Assembly: GCA_965228855.1 (NCBI GenBank)
Contig: CBDDIJ010000003.1
Span: 64,001 to 128,000, forward strand
Length of the DNA: 64,000 nt
Direction: 5' to 3'
DNA from: Candidatus Obscuribacterales bacterium
GTDB taxonomy: Bacteria > Cyanobacteriota > Vampirovibrionia > Obscuribacterales > Obscuribacteraceae
The notes beneath the pieces were generated by a model. That model was not told the origin of the DNA, searched no databases, and saw only the letters and a list, made by a program, of their open reading frames with translations. Shown here one piece after another: positions 47,601-57,281 of the stretch. Every line of letters starts with the position of its first letter. Position 1 is the first letter of the stretch. The position numbers and the translations under genes are program-made.

Positions 47601-48195
47601 CCATGGGTTGATAGTTGACGTTCGATACAATCGCGGCGGTCACGTTTCGCCTTTGTTGCTTGAGAAACTTTTGCGCAAACGCGTGGGCTATGACGTTAGC
47701 AGATGGGGACCTCCACAGCCCTATCCACCGGAATCGGTGATGGGACCGATGGTGGCGATGACGAATCAGTTTGCCGGTTCGGACGGTGACATTTTCAGTC
47801 ACTGTTTCAAGCTTTATAAACTCGGTCCGCTGGTTGGGAAACGCACCTGGGGTGGTGTCATTGGAATTTGGCCTCGGCATCGATTGGTCGATGGAAGTGT
47901 TACAACTCAACCGGAGTTCAGTTTCTGGTTTGTCGACGCCGGATGGGGCGTTGAGAACCATGGAACGGACCCTGATTATGATGTCGACATTGCTCCGCAT
48001 GAATATAACGCCGGTGAAGATCCGCAGATGGCGAAGGCACTAAGTCTGGTGCTCGATCAGATGAAGAAGAAGCCGGTTAAGCTCCCGGATTTTTCGATAA
48101 GACCCAGTCTCCCGATTCCTGAACAGCTGTTGCTCAGCAAATCGAAGTCCGGCAAGGCTGCTTCCAGGACGAAAACACGGAAAAGAGGTAAGTAG
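44656..48195 (+). CDS. Tricorn protease (S41), cytoplasmic type
   Basis: DDLW propellers, RWKRYRGG, GELGTSHAY, PDZ, AGSDGD, GKRTWGGVIG; no signal peptide. Confidence 0.95.
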   Translation: MKESLHENGYYRYATIHKDRIVFVCEDDLWEVGVEGGHAKRLSAGRSEFSMPRFSPDGKKIALIAREEGHPEVFVMPSSGGNPVRLTYLGSDILNISGWSEDGKDIYFASDARSAFFREGDAFKISSEGGEPVCWRWGHVNSFMIGKTGEVVIGRNAIDPARWKRYRGGTAGDLWIDPNGKGKFKRLIDLKGNLVCPMIIGSRVFFLSDHEGMGNIYSCRPDGKDLKQHTHHEQYYVRFPSTDGTRIVYTAGANIYVLDPKTGEDKRMDVKIPTSTHQVRRKFSDGREYLEHFSPHPEGHSVALIARGQPITMGNWEGPPTQHGVGSAVRYRLAEWLPDGKQFVVINDKEGFERVELHQADQSKAPEIVSATEFGRAINLLVSPKGDRVAISNHRHDLFVLDLKTKKLKLVDRSPADRISEFSWSPDGRWIAYAYAPHPQSSIIRIADIDKNSIHNVTDEVRFDTSPAWDPDGRFLYFLGAREFYPVYDSVRFDYGFPKAMKPYLVTLRKDVPSPFVLQPKPVVAGKKKKAGAEPQTKPDGKNGNSVKNAREKAASKTAASGPALATAKNKTALKKMYKDALAAAYKEILKTVESGGTVNGAVSKKGAQQTKDEKQSPSGSNVQIDFDGIAHRILAFPVAEGRYYQILGAENRALFTVYAVEGIKPNFSWYDGESANGSLMAYDFEEARAGTIQKDIGHMALAFDNQTLYYRAGRRIRAMDAGEKLPADGREAGAASGTGRKSGFLDLSRAQVLVTPQDEWKQMYEESWRLQKEQFWDEKMSDIDWDLVRDRYLKLLPRVRTRAEVSDLIWEMQGELGTSHAYELGGDYRRSSWYGIGFLGCDLSFDKTKKGYRIDRILQGDSWDREVASPLAQPGLNVKVGDVILAVNGTAVDQQTSVHQLLVNQSNKEVRLKILSDKKERTLVVQTLRTERNLRYRDWVEANRRHVHKATNGKIGYIHIPDMGPFGFAEFHRGYLSEVNRHGLIVDVRYNRGGHVSPLLLEKLLRKRVGYDVSRWGPPQPYPPESVMGPMVAMTNQFAGSDGDIFSHCFKLYKLGPLVGKRTWGGVIGIWPRHRLVDGSVTTQPEFSFWFVDAGWGVENHGTDPDYDVDIAPHEYNAGEDPQMAKALSLVLDQMKKKPVKLPDFSIRPSLPIPEQLLLSKSKSGKAASRTKTRKRGK

Positions 48196-48783
48196 ATGAA
48201 GGCGTTAAAAGATCGTATTTTGAGAGACGGAAAGCATCTCGGTAACGGAATACTCAAGGTTGACGGCTTCATGAACCACCAGATCGATCCGGTGTTGATG
48301 AAAGAAGTCGGCGAAGAGTTTGCGACTCGGTTTGCGAAAACAGGTGCGACTCGCATTCTCACCGCTGAGACAAGCGGCATCGCTCCTGCTTTGTCAGCAG
48401 GTATGGCTATGAGCATTCCGGTTGTGTTCGCTCGCAAACACAAGCCGAAAACCATGGGCGGTGAGCCGCTTCGTCAGACAGCACCATCGCACACTCACGG
48501 AGGTGAGGTCGAACTGCTGGTGTCTAACGAATACCTCAAGGCGTCCGACAAAGTTTTAATCATCGATGATTTTCTGTCTACTGCAAGAACAATAAATGCG
48601 TTAGTTAAGATGGTCGCCGACAGCGGAGCTGAGCTTGTCGGAATTGGCGCGGTTATCGAGAAAAGTTTTCAGGGAGGCAGAGACGCGATTGGAAAAATTG
48701 ATGTGCCGGTGGTGTCGCTTGCCGTAATCGACAACTTCGACGGAGAAACTATTGTTCTGCGTGAAGACAAAGTGGCGAATTAA
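48196..48783 (+). CDS. xpt: Xanthine phosphoribosyltransferase
   Basis: ILKVDGFMNHQIDP, AETSGI, VLIIDDFL, IEKSFQGGR. Confidence 0.92.
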   Translation: MKALKDRILRDGKHLGNGILKVDGFMNHQIDPVLMKEVGEEFATRFAKTGATRILTAETSGIAPALSAGMAMSIPVVFARKHKPKTMGGEPLRQTAPSHTHGGEVELLVSNEYLKASDKVLIIDDFLSTARTINALVKMVADSGAELVGIGAVIEKSFQGGRDAIGKIDVPVVSLAVIDNFDGETIVLREDKVAN

Positions 48784-48831
48784 CGCGCTCTCGATTGTTT
48801 TGAAACCCGTTTCCTAACTCGTTTCGCTTGC

Positions 48832-49635
48832 TCAGGTCGCCTGTATGTGAATGGAACTGCCGGTGGTCGGCTGTCCAAACTCTGTGGCTGCGGAGCCACC
48901 GCGCTGGAAAATTTCCCAGAAACGATTATTTTGACCGGAGCTTCCCGGTGCAAATGCCAGGTCGCCCTCCATGATGTTAAAGCTTCCGGTCGCGACCGTC
49001 GCCGTTCTCACAAATCCGCCGATGCGTACTCTCACGCGGTCCCCCGGGCGGAGATCGGAAATCTTCGGGTCGTTTTGACGGATAGTGGTTTTAATGTTTC
49101 CAAATGAATCGATATAACCAATGACGTGGGATGGCGGATCTTCAATTGCAGTAGCCGGATCGAGCTTTTGATCCAGAAAGCTGTAGTCCCCCGCGACAGC
49201 CATTCCTACAATCGGCGGGAAGAAATCGCGAGAGCGGAACTGACTTCCTGCATCCTCGCATTTTGTGCTCCATAGTTCTTGTATGTGGTCTTTGACGAAC
49301 GATAGCGAGAATCCTGAGTTTACGACGACGCATTGCACGCCATTTTTCAGCGTCAGGAAAAGCAGTCCCTCGCCGGCATTATTGACGCGAGCTTTTAAAT
49401 TATCTTTCCTGGGCGCCGTGTTCGCAAACACCAGCAGATCTTTTGGTCTCAAATTTTCGTCCGCCATCGATAGTTGCGCAAGAATAAACCCCGTCGCAAT
49501 CGTGTCGAATGGTCTGACCGAAGTTAGGTGAGTATGCGTCTGAGGCGGCAGGCAGCGGCGAAATGCTGACAAAACTTCAGACCACGCCATGTCTCCAGGT
49601 CCATAATCACAAATAAGATGGATGAGATTACTCAT
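48832..49635 (-). CDS. SAM hydrolase/halogenase superfamily (DUF62) protein, divergent
   Basis: LICDYG, SQFRSRDFF, YIDSFGNIKT. Confidence 0.75.
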   Translation of the reverse strand: MSNLIHLICDYGPGDMAWSEVLSAFRRCLPPQTHTHLTSVRPFDTIATGFILAQLSMADENLRPKDLLVFANTAPRKDNLKARVNNAGEGLLFLTLKNGVQCVVVNSGFSLSFVKDHIQELWSTKCEDAGSQFRSRDFFPPIVGMAVAGDYSFLDQKLDPATAIEDPPSHVIGYIDSFGNIKTTIRQNDPKISDLRPGDRVRVRIGGFVRTATVATGSFNIMEGDLAFAPGSSGQNNRFWEIFQRGGSAATEFGQPTTGSSIHIQAT

Positions 49636-49796
49636 AACTCGATCGAAGCGATCGCCGGACTCCTTGTTGCTTGGTCAGCTATGATATGCATCAATGCTGC
49701 CGTTTGGTTTGACTAAGCACGTCTGCCATGGATTTTGGGCAGAATCTAACTGTAATTGTTTTTCCCTGAACTGGGAAGTAGAGGTTAAGTTCAATA

Positions 49797-50723
49797 GTGA
49801 ACGAACCTGTTCAGAGTGAACCGAAGCTTGTCGAGCCCATCTGGGCGTTCGTTCGTGTGATTATCTACATATTCCTTGTAGTGGTCGGCATGCTGGGCTC
49901 CGGCAATGTTATCAGCCAGAACTTCCCCGAACTCGTAACCTCCATGGGGCTTTACGGTCAGTGTGTTTCGGAAATCGTCATGCTGACGATAGGGGCCGTA
50001 CTCGCTGCGATATTCACGAGGAATGAACTGAAGAGTTTCGTCGAGGACATAGGTCTATTTCGTAATCGTGCAATACCGGAAGTTATTGTCGGTTTTTCGA
50101 TCGGCATGATTATCGTTGGCACCATGTTTGGTGTCATGTACCTTTGTGGCGGCTACTCGGTCACGAAAGTCAACTGGCCGATAGACTTTGTTCCTGCTCT
50201 TGTGCTCTACTTCTTTGCCGGTCTGACCGAAGAATTTCTTTTCCGTGGATACATCTTTCGCACGTTTGAGAAATCCGGAGGGACCATTTATGCAATTATC
50301 TTCTCGTCTCTTTGTTTTGGCTTTGCGCATTTTTTCAATATGCCTGACGACGCTTCCCTGGCGTATAAAACATACGCATGTTTGATTTTGTCCTTTGAAG
50401 CCGGTTTGCCGCTTTCCGGGGCGTTTCTACTTACGCGCAGCTTGTGGTTGGCAGTGGGATTTCACTGGGCCTGGAACTTCTTGGAGGGCACCGTATTTGG
50501 TGTTGCTGTTTCCGGTACTGATGCCGGACCGGCAATATTTACGGCACACATGACCGGAAATCAGTACATCTCCGGGGGCGTATTCGGTCCCGAAGCCGGC
50601 CTGCCGTTTTTCACCGTCGGCGTATTGACCGGTCTGGGAATGATATTCCTCGCGCTCAAACAGCGAAAATGGTCGCTTACTGCTGGGACAGATATTGGTC
50701 CAATTTCACGGACAGATCTTTAA
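49797..50723 (+). CDS. CPBP (Abi/CAAX) intramembrane metalloprotease
   Basis: EEFLFRG, FGFAH, HWAWN. Confidence 0.92.
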   Translation: MNEPVQSEPKLVEPIWAFVRVIIYIFLVVVGMLGSGNVISQNFPELVTSMGLYGQCVSEIVMLTIGAVLAAIFTRNELKSFVEDIGLFRNRAIPEVIVGFSIGMIIVGTMFGVMYLCGGYSVTKVNWPIDFVPALVLYFFAGLTEEFLFRGYIFRTFEKSGGTIYAIIFSSLCFGFAHFFNMPDDASLAYKTYACLILSFEAGLPLSGAFLLTRSLWLAVGFHWAWNFLEGTVFGVAVSGTDAGPAIFTAHMTGNQYISGGVFGPEAGLPFFTVGVLTGLGMIFLALKQRKWSLTAGTDIGPISRTDL

Positions 50724-51039
50724 GCTTGAATGGTTTCTTCAGATAGTCGTTGGCGCCGGCATCAAGACATGCGCGTTTTTCCGTCGACGAATCCATGCCC
50801 GTGAGCATAATAATTGGAGTCGTGCCGCCGCCCGCCCGAAATTTCCTGCAAATGTCCGGGCCTTCGATGCCGGGCAGATTCCAGTCCAGGATAATCAAAT
50901 CGAACGCATCGCATTCAAGCTGCTCTACCGCCTCGAAGCCGGAGTGAGCGGTTTCGACCACATGTTCCTGGTACGTTAGCCAGTCCGATACCGTCTCCGA
51001 GAGATTCTCGTCGTCTTCAACCAGTAGGATTTTTGCCAT
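50677..51039 (-). CDS. Single-domain response regulator
   Basis: MAKILLVEDD, ILDWNLP, GANDYLKKPF; 3' end overlaps the CPBP gene. Confidence 0.9.
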   Translation of the reverse strand: MAKILLVEDDENLSETVSDWLTYQEHVVETAHSGFEAVEQLECDAFDLIILDWNLPGIEGPDICRKFRAGGGTTPIIMLTGMDSSTEKRACLDAGANDYLKKPFKLKDLSVKLDQYLSQQ

Positions 51040-51217
51040 CTCTAAAGTGATTCCCGCCGCCAATACGCTTTTGCAAACCTCAACCGCTACGCGGTGCCTG
51101 ATCGAAATCAGGTAATTGAGGGGAGTTTTCAGTGAGCTGCTTCCATTATAGACTCACGGCAGGAATCCGGGCGGTGATCGACGGCAAGTTTAGTAATCTA
51201 TTTTTGAACGAGTAAAA

Positions 51218-53626
51218 CTAATGCGCTTTCTCCTGCCCGGAGGCTTCTTCCGTCTTCCTGGGCGTGTTCGGGTCGCGCGCGACCACCTGACTTCTGCCGT
51301 TCCTCTTGGCCTCATAAAGGCACTCGTCGGCGAACTTTATAAGGGTTTGCGGATTGTCACCATCTTCCGGATATGAAACCAGCCCCGCGCTGAACGAAAC
51401 GGAAAACTGTTGCCCGTTGTCACCTTCGAAGACGTGTTGTTTCAACTCTTCCAGGCAGCGCTCGAGCGCTCCTTGCGCCGTTGTTTTTTCGATGTGCCTG
51501 AATGCGACGATGAACTCCTCTCCACCCCAGCGCCCTCGTAAATCTTCTACGCGAAAACGGCGCCGAATGAGCGCGCCGAAGTAGGTCAGCACGCGGTCGC
51601 CCGCAAGGTGTCCGTAAGTATCGTTGACGTTCTTGAAGTGGTCAATGTCCAGAAGACAAATACTGAACTTCAAATTGTTGTTGCGCGATTCCGAAAATAG
51701 CGCTTGAACCTGCTCCATAAAGGCTCGTCGAATCATCAAGCCTGTTAGAACATCCTTGTCCGCCCGCTCTTTCAACATCCGAGCGCGTTCCAGTCGAACT
51801 TTCACGCGCATGAGTAACTCCGCCGGAGCCACGGGCTTCGGCAGGTAATCATCACCGCCGGCTTCGAATGCGGCAAGTCGCGCGCTCAATCCTGTTTGCG
51901 CGGTCAGGAAAAGTACGGGCAGGTCCTGCCATTGCGGCTGCTCTCGCATTTGTTGACAAACCTGGTATCCGCTTATGCCCGGCATCATCACGTCAAGTAG
52001 TACTATATCCGGTGCAAAACTGAGAATATGCTCGGCTATGTTTTCCGGAACTGTAAGCCCTTTCACAATCATTCCCTCTTTACCGAGGATGGCTCCGACC
52101 AGGCGCACGAAATCTTCGTCATCGTCGATGATTAGAATTCGAGGTCGGCCGCCGGTTCTCACGCTCAGCAAATAATCGACTGCGTTAGTTAGCATCTGTT
52201 GTTTGACCGGCTTTTCCAGGTACAGTGAGGCGCCGGCGTGCGCTGAATCGACTGGATTCGTCGGTTCTAGTTGTGTTGAAACGAAGGCGACCGGCAGATT
52301 CTCATTGCCCGGCAGACCACGAATTGTTCTCGCCAGGCTAATACCTGGAGCCGGAGTGCCCTGGTCTATGTCAATGAGTACGGCATCTAGCGCCAGAGTC
52401 TTAGCTGTAGTCAGGGCGTCTTCAAAGTTGGATGTGGGAATTATTTTCACCGGTAATCCATCAGCCTGGCGCTCCATCGAAGGAACTCCTTCGGCGGACA
52501 TTATGAGAACACGGATAGAAGTTGGATCTTCGGTGAGCGGAAGCAATCGCTCTGTCATGTCTTCTTCCATGATCAGACCGGTCGTTTGCGGTGTCGTCAC
52601 TACATGCGGTGGCGTTCCCGTTGACGCTGTCGCAGGACGAGCAGCTGCACCGAGCGGCTGATCATCGGCAATAATGGCTTTGTTGACTGGCTTGCCTAGC
52701 GCTTTGGCTGCGGCTTCATCGATACTTACGCCGTCCAGAAGAAATGGGTTGACCGGTTTTTTGACCGCACTTTGACCCGGTTCTACATAGACGCCTCCAG
52801 GGTACATGGCGCCTTCGTCTTTCTGTACAGGAGCCTTAATGCCAGCGCTGAGTTCCTTCAGCTTTGTGCCTATTTCCACAGCTTCGCTGTCTTTTGAAGA
52901 AGAGATCACGTTTGCGACTTGAACGACATAGTCCAGAAAATTTTGAACTTCATCCCAGGATGTTTCGTTGTCAAACAGCCCTGAAGCATTCATTGCCTTC
53001 AGTGCCGATTCCAAATGTGCCGATGCTTCACTGAGTTCAATCAAACCGCACGAGCCGGATGTGCCCTTCAGGTTATGCGCGAGCCTGATCGCCTCTTCCA
53101 TATAACGCGATTCTGTTCTCTCGGCGCGGGCTGCGTCGTATGCTTCTGTCAGTTTCTTAATTCGCTCAGGAAGCACAATTATGTATTTCGACTTGAGTGC
53201 CTGGATCGCCTCGAAGTGCAACTCTTCGGCAGAGAGCTGAGCCTTCTTCGGCTGCGCTCCTGTTTCTAAAAGCGAATCCACTTGCGCGCCGAAGATGCTT
53301 GCCTTCAATGGTCGAATTGCCACCAGATCCACTTTCAAATCCTTGGTGAGTCGCTCGTAGAGTTCTGCTGCAGGCCAGGTTTTCGTGACCATCACGACTT
53401 TGATCTTGTTGTTCGCTTTGCGAAGTTGAACGAGAAATCCGATGCCATCAATGTCATCGAGTTGATCTCCCACCATGCAGATATCGAATGTCTTCTCCTT
53501 GATGCGGTCGATAGCGGCTCTGCCGCTGGACAGCATCTCTAACTCGTATCCTTTAGGACCGAGAATTGAAGTCACCAGCTGACCAACTGTTGCATCCGCG
53601 TCGATTTGTATTACAGTTTTGGTCAT
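51218..53626 (-). CDS. Diguanylate cyclase REC-Hpt-REC-REC-GGDEF
   Basis: AHNLKG (Hpt), LLDVMMP, I-site RVED, GGEEF. Confidence 0.92.
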   Translation of the reverse strand: MTKTVIQIDADATVGQLVTSILGPKGYELEMLSSGRAAIDRIKEKTFDICMVGDQLDDIDGIGFLVQLRKANNKIKVVMVTKTWPAAELYERLTKDLKVDLVAIRPLKASIFGAQVDSLLETGAQPKKAQLSAEELHFEAIQALKSKYIIVLPERIKKLTEAYDAARAERTESRYMEEAIRLAHNLKGTSGSCGLIELSEASAHLESALKAMNASGLFDNETSWDEVQNFLDYVVQVANVISSSKDSEAVEIGTKLKELSAGIKAPVQKDEGAMYPGGVYVEPGQSAVKKPVNPFLLDGVSIDEAAAKALGKPVNKAIIADDQPLGAAARPATASTGTPPHVVTTPQTTGLIMEEDMTERLLPLTEDPTSIRVLIMSAEGVPSMERQADGLPVKIIPTSNFEDALTTAKTLALDAVLIDIDQGTPAPGISLARTIRGLPGNENLPVAFVSTQLEPTNPVDSAHAGASLYLEKPVKQQMLTNAVDYLLSVRTGGRPRILIIDDDEDFVRLVGAILGKEGMIVKGLTVPENIAEHILSFAPDIVLLDVMMPGISGYQVCQQMREQPQWQDLPVLFLTAQTGLSARLAAFEAGGDDYLPKPVAPAELLMRVKVRLERARMLKERADKDVLTGLMIRRAFMEQVQALFSESRNNNLKFSICLLDIDHFKNVNDTYGHLAGDRVLTYFGALIRRRFRVEDLRGRWGGEEFIVAFRHIEKTTAQGALERCLEELKQHVFEGDNGQQFSVSFSAGLVSYPEDGDNPQTLIKFADECLYEAKRNGRSQVVARDPNTPRKTEEASGQEKAH

Positions 53627-54312
53627 TGATGGTCCTTTTGCGGTTTCCCGGCTGCTTTGACAGCCGTCGTTTTTTCAGTTTTTGTTTTGTCAAAATCGAT
53701 AGCGCACGAATTTATGCAATAGCGAAGATGTGTGGGTTCCGGACCGTCTAGAAAAACGTGTCCCAGATGACTGTCACATTTGCTGCAAACGACTTCCTGG
53801 CGATAATGGTCCGGTATTTCCTCGACGGCATCGTTTCGAATGGCGGCCCAGAAACTTGGCCAGCCGGTTCCCGAATCGAATTTTTCTTTAGAACTAAACA
53901 GCTCATTGCCGCAGCCAACACACTTGTAGACGCCAAGATCGTGCGTATTCCAGTACTTCCCGGTAAACGCAATCTCCGTTCCCTTTTCCCTTGTCACGTG
54001 AAATTGCTCGGGAGTGAGTAGATTCCGCCACTCATCATTTGACCTCTGGACCTTGCCTGCGTTTCGATGTGGAACATCAGCCATGGCAGATCTATTGACT
54101 GCGTTCGGTCTCGGCCCCTCTGCCGTACCCGCGTACTTAAGTTCATATCGTGGCGAACTCGAGCAGGAAGCGCATGTCACCGCGCACAAAAGAAACGCGA
54201 AATGCGAATGCGCACCCGTCTTATAAATTCCTCGCGAATTGAGGAAAGAGAGGCGTTTGACCTGGTAAGTTGTCTGCCCTTTTGTCGACACTGTTCCCCC
54301 CGTGTCGGGCAT
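53623..54312 (-). CDS. msrB: Methionine-R-sulfoxide reductase with N-terminal extension
   Basis: KGTE, CVGC, SGTGWPSF, CSKC, HLGHVF, RYCINS. Confidence 0.93.
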   Translation of the reverse strand: MPDTGGTVSTKGQTTYQVKRLSFLNSRGIYKTGAHSHFAFLLCAVTCASCSSSPRYELKYAGTAEGPRPNAVNRSAMADVPHRNAGKVQRSNDEWRNLLTPEQFHVTREKGTEIAFTGKYWNTHDLGVYKCVGCGNELFSSKEKFDSGTGWPSFWAAIRNDAVEEIPDHYRQEVVCSKCDSHLGHVFLDGPEPTHLRYCINSCAIDFDKTKTEKTTAVKAAGKPQKDHQ

Positions 54313-54535
54313 TTGTTTGTTCTTTCGCCCCGCCTTGCCATGGTTTTCAGCGAAAGGAGCACCTGTGCGCTCATCTAGTAATTACCCAGTATTTGGAACT
54401 TCGATACACAGAGCAACTTTTGATGAAGCGATAGTCGTCCGCTGTTCACGACAAGCGCGTTCAATGACGTTTTATTCTGCCTCCTGGTCTGTCACAAGTT
54501 ACTCGCAGGAGCGATGAAACTTGTATGATGGTTAA

Positions 54536-54778
54536 ATGAATCCGCTGCTTACTGCTTTTCTGTTTGTAATGGCGCTACTGGCGATTGCCACTGCGTGTGC
54601 GCTTCTTACGTACGTTTATGGCGAACTGCAACGAAACAAGAAGGCTCTGGATGCAGAGAAACGCCATGCGGCGGAAGTTGAGAACGAAGTACGCCAGGTC
54701 GCAAGCCTGCTTATGAAGATGCAGGCATCGACGCTGTCTACGTTGGCCGAATCCCATAAGTCATCGGACGCGGACTAG
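54536..54778 (+). CDS. Small membrane-anchored coiled-coil protein
   Basis: N-terminal hydrophobic helix followed by a charged helix. Confidence 0.6.
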   Translation: MNPLLTAFLFVMALLAIATACALLTYVYGELQRNKKALDAEKRHAAEVENEVRQVASLLMKMQASTLSTLAESHKSSDAD

Positions 54779-54794
54779 CGTGACGGTGTCATGG

Positions 54795-56738
54795 TTATAA
54801 GCTCTTGACCGGCGATTTAGCTCCACTCGTTACCGTGAGCGCAAAAGCTTGCCCGTCGTGGAGCTTAATTGAAACCTTGTTTGATGATTCAGCTGGTTGC
54901 GAAGTTTGATGTTTCGGACTCTTCTTTAATAGTCTTCGTTTTCGCTGATGGATTCTGTTTCCCGAAAGATTCTTGATCGTTGTTTTCACGATTTCATAAC
55001 CCATTGTCATCATCGCTGCGAGAAAAACAACCACCATCATCGTGCTTGCCGTACTTCTGAAAAGTCTTTTGGTTAGGCGTTGTAGCACTGTTTGTTGAGA
55101 GGTGGTGTTGCCGCGATTTGCAGCCTCCTTCGCCAGAGCGTCCAGCAGTTCGTCCCTGCTTACGAAATCAGCGGCCGGCGTGGATTCCGGAGTGTGAGCC
55201 GACATTGGTCGCCAGTCCGTGTCTTTTTGATCGAGTTTATTCAACAGGTTGTCGACTGGTGTAACCTGCCCCCAGTCCGTCCGTGTTGTTGATTCTACGG
55301 CAAAAACGAGCTCGTGAATTGCGTTTTCGTCCTCCAGATCTGCCGGCGATTCAGGAAGGTTCGGATACAGAGAAAGTATGTAATTCAAATTCAATCGAAA
55401 CAATGTGTCGGGAAGACTGTAGTCATCGCGCTTAATCGTAAAGTATTGAAATTCGCCGTCCGCCATTGAAATCAGCCGTCTCAGCGCTTCGTAACCAACC
55501 CTCTGTTTCAGTCCTTGTAAACGCGCACCGATGACTTGTCGCCCGTCTCTAATTACGATAACGCCGGTAAAAGGAGGTTCTTGTGATTGTAGTTTTAAAA
55601 TAGAATCGCCCGGATAACCGAGTTCGTTGATTTGTTCAAGAACACTGTTCAAGCGCTGTTCGTACGAAAGTTGTCCCTGGGAAACAACCACAAACTCTTT
55701 TTGAGTGTCTTTTTTAATTAGCTGATCGAACCAGTCTTCGTTGGATTGAACCGAGGAAGTCGATTTGCTTGTTCGGCAAAGCGGTTCCTTGCCCTGCTCC
55801 ACAAGCTGCAAATCGGATCTGAGATCGAACATGTTTTGATATCGATCGTCCGGTTTTTTCTCGAGGCAATGTGCCACCACTCTGTCGAGATACAGCGGGC
55901 AATTTTTCGCTACTTTCTTCAGATTGATCGGTTGTGAGTAGACATGATGCATGGCGAGCTGTAACGCGTTGTCCGCTTTGAATGGCAATCTTCCTGCCAG
56001 TGCTTCGAACATCACGCAACCCAGTGAGTAGATGTCCGAGCGCGCATCAATCTGCTTGCCCTGTACCTGCTCGGGGCTCATGTACGATGGGCTGCCGACA
56101 GTTTGTCCTTGCTTGGTCAACACGTGGGTCTGATCGTCGTTATCTGTTGGGTAAAGGAGCTTGGCGATTCCGAAGTCGACAAGTTTGGCCCAAACCTCGC
56201 CATCACCCGTGGTGGTAAGCAATATGTTGCTTGGTTTTACATCGCGATGAACGACGCCGCGAGAATGAGCATGAACGAGGGCACCGCTCACTTGAATAAA
56301 TGTGGGAAAGAAAATTGAGAGCGGAACGGGTCCCGACTTGCGCAGAACTTTTGATAGATCGATTCCGTCCACATAATCCATAATCAGGTACGGAACACCT
56401 TCGGGTGAGATGTCGTAGCTGCGTACAGAGACGATATTGGGATGGTTCAAGTCACGGGCCGCACGAGCCTCCTGACGGAAACGCTTATGACTGATATCGT
56501 TTGTCGCGATTTCAGGGCGAATTATTTTGATCGCGAGTAGCTCACCTGCGACCACATCGCGAACTTTGTAAATCGCCGCCATGCCACCAATTCCAATCTT
56601 GTCGACGATCTCATAGCGATCCGCAAATGTGCCCGCATTGCCTTTTGGAAAGCCAGACTTGATCGCCTTCTGGGCGGACTTGTCCTCGGGTTGATTTAAC
56701 CCGGGAGCTGTTTTTGATTTTGAATCTTTTTGATTCAT
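54795..56738 (-). CDS. Hanks-type Ser/Thr kinase with possible DUF4388-like domain and TM
   Basis: IGIGGMA, HRDVKPSN, DFG, YMSPE; later GVIVIRDG...GYEALRRLISMADGEF. Confidence 0.9.
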   Translation of the reverse strand: MNQKDSKSKTAPGLNQPEDKSAQKAIKSGFPKGNAGTFADRYEIVDKIGIGGMAAIYKVRDVVAGELLAIKIIRPEIATNDISHKRFRQEARAARDLNHPNIVSVRSYDISPEGVPYLIMDYVDGIDLSKVLRKSGPVPLSIFFPTFIQVSGALVHAHSRGVVHRDVKPSNILLTTTGDGEVWAKLVDFGIAKLLYPTDNDDQTHVLTKQGQTVGSPSYMSPEQVQGKQIDARSDIYSLGCVMFEALAGRLPFKADNALQLAMHHVYSQPINLKKVAKNCPLYLDRVVAHCLEKKPDDRYQNMFDLRSDLQLVEQGKEPLCRTSKSTSSVQSNEDWFDQLIKKDTQKEFVVVSQGQLSYEQRLNSVLEQINELGYPGDSILKLQSQEPPFTGVIVIRDGRQVIGARLQGLKQRVGYEALRRLISMADGEFQYFTIKRDDYSLPDTLFRLNLNYILSLYPNLPESPADLEDENAIHELVFAVESTTRTDWGQVTPVDNLLNKLDQKDTDWRPMSAHTPESTPAADFVSRDELLDALAKEAANRGNTTSQQTVLQRLTKRLFRSTASTMMVVVFLAAMMTMGYEIVKTTIKNLSGNRIHQRKRRLLKKSPKHQTSQPAESSNKVSIKLHDGQAFALTVTSGAKSPVKSL

Positions 56739-57281
56739 TATCACGACGCTTTCAAGTCCTTCTGCGCAAGCACCATAAGTAGTGCCGGCACACTTGTAGC
56801 ATGCCCAAATATTCGGTAAAAACTAACGGTGCAGCGACTGGATGCCGCGATTTCGGCATCAGCAGTAGCTAAAAATGAAACAGCGGCAGTGCTGTTAGCG
56901 GTTCTGTTAAGTGGTAGGCTTCGGGGGCGCCAGCCGGCTATTTAGACATTATGAGACCAGCTAATCCCAGTCTATCCCTGACCCGGACAAACTGTAAATC
57001 ACCACTTAGTTGTACGCGAAATAGCGTATGGTTTCGTCGCCGTTCGGATACAACTTTTGAAAGCTGTAACTTCACTGGTATTTCCGTGTCCTTGGGAATC
57101 GTCGAGCTTTGAGATGGTCGCAGGGGTTTCGAAACAGGCGAAACTGAGTCGTCGATTTGTTCCGAAAGATTACGCCGGGATGCCCGTTTTCTGGTAGCCT
57201 CAGGCGGTCTTTTGTAAGATCCTTTCGTCCGCAGGCTCAGCCGGGACCGAAAGAAACCAAAGGTATCGCCGGGAGGCAATT

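Noticed and set aside
47017..48000. 327-aa antisense ORF (and similar ones such as 25600-26358)
   Set aside because: Shadow frames opposite well-supported genes, with no recognisable motifs.
49797..50723. CPBP protease as bacteriocin immunity or processing gene
   Set aside because: More than 40 kb from the precursor, with no linking evidence.
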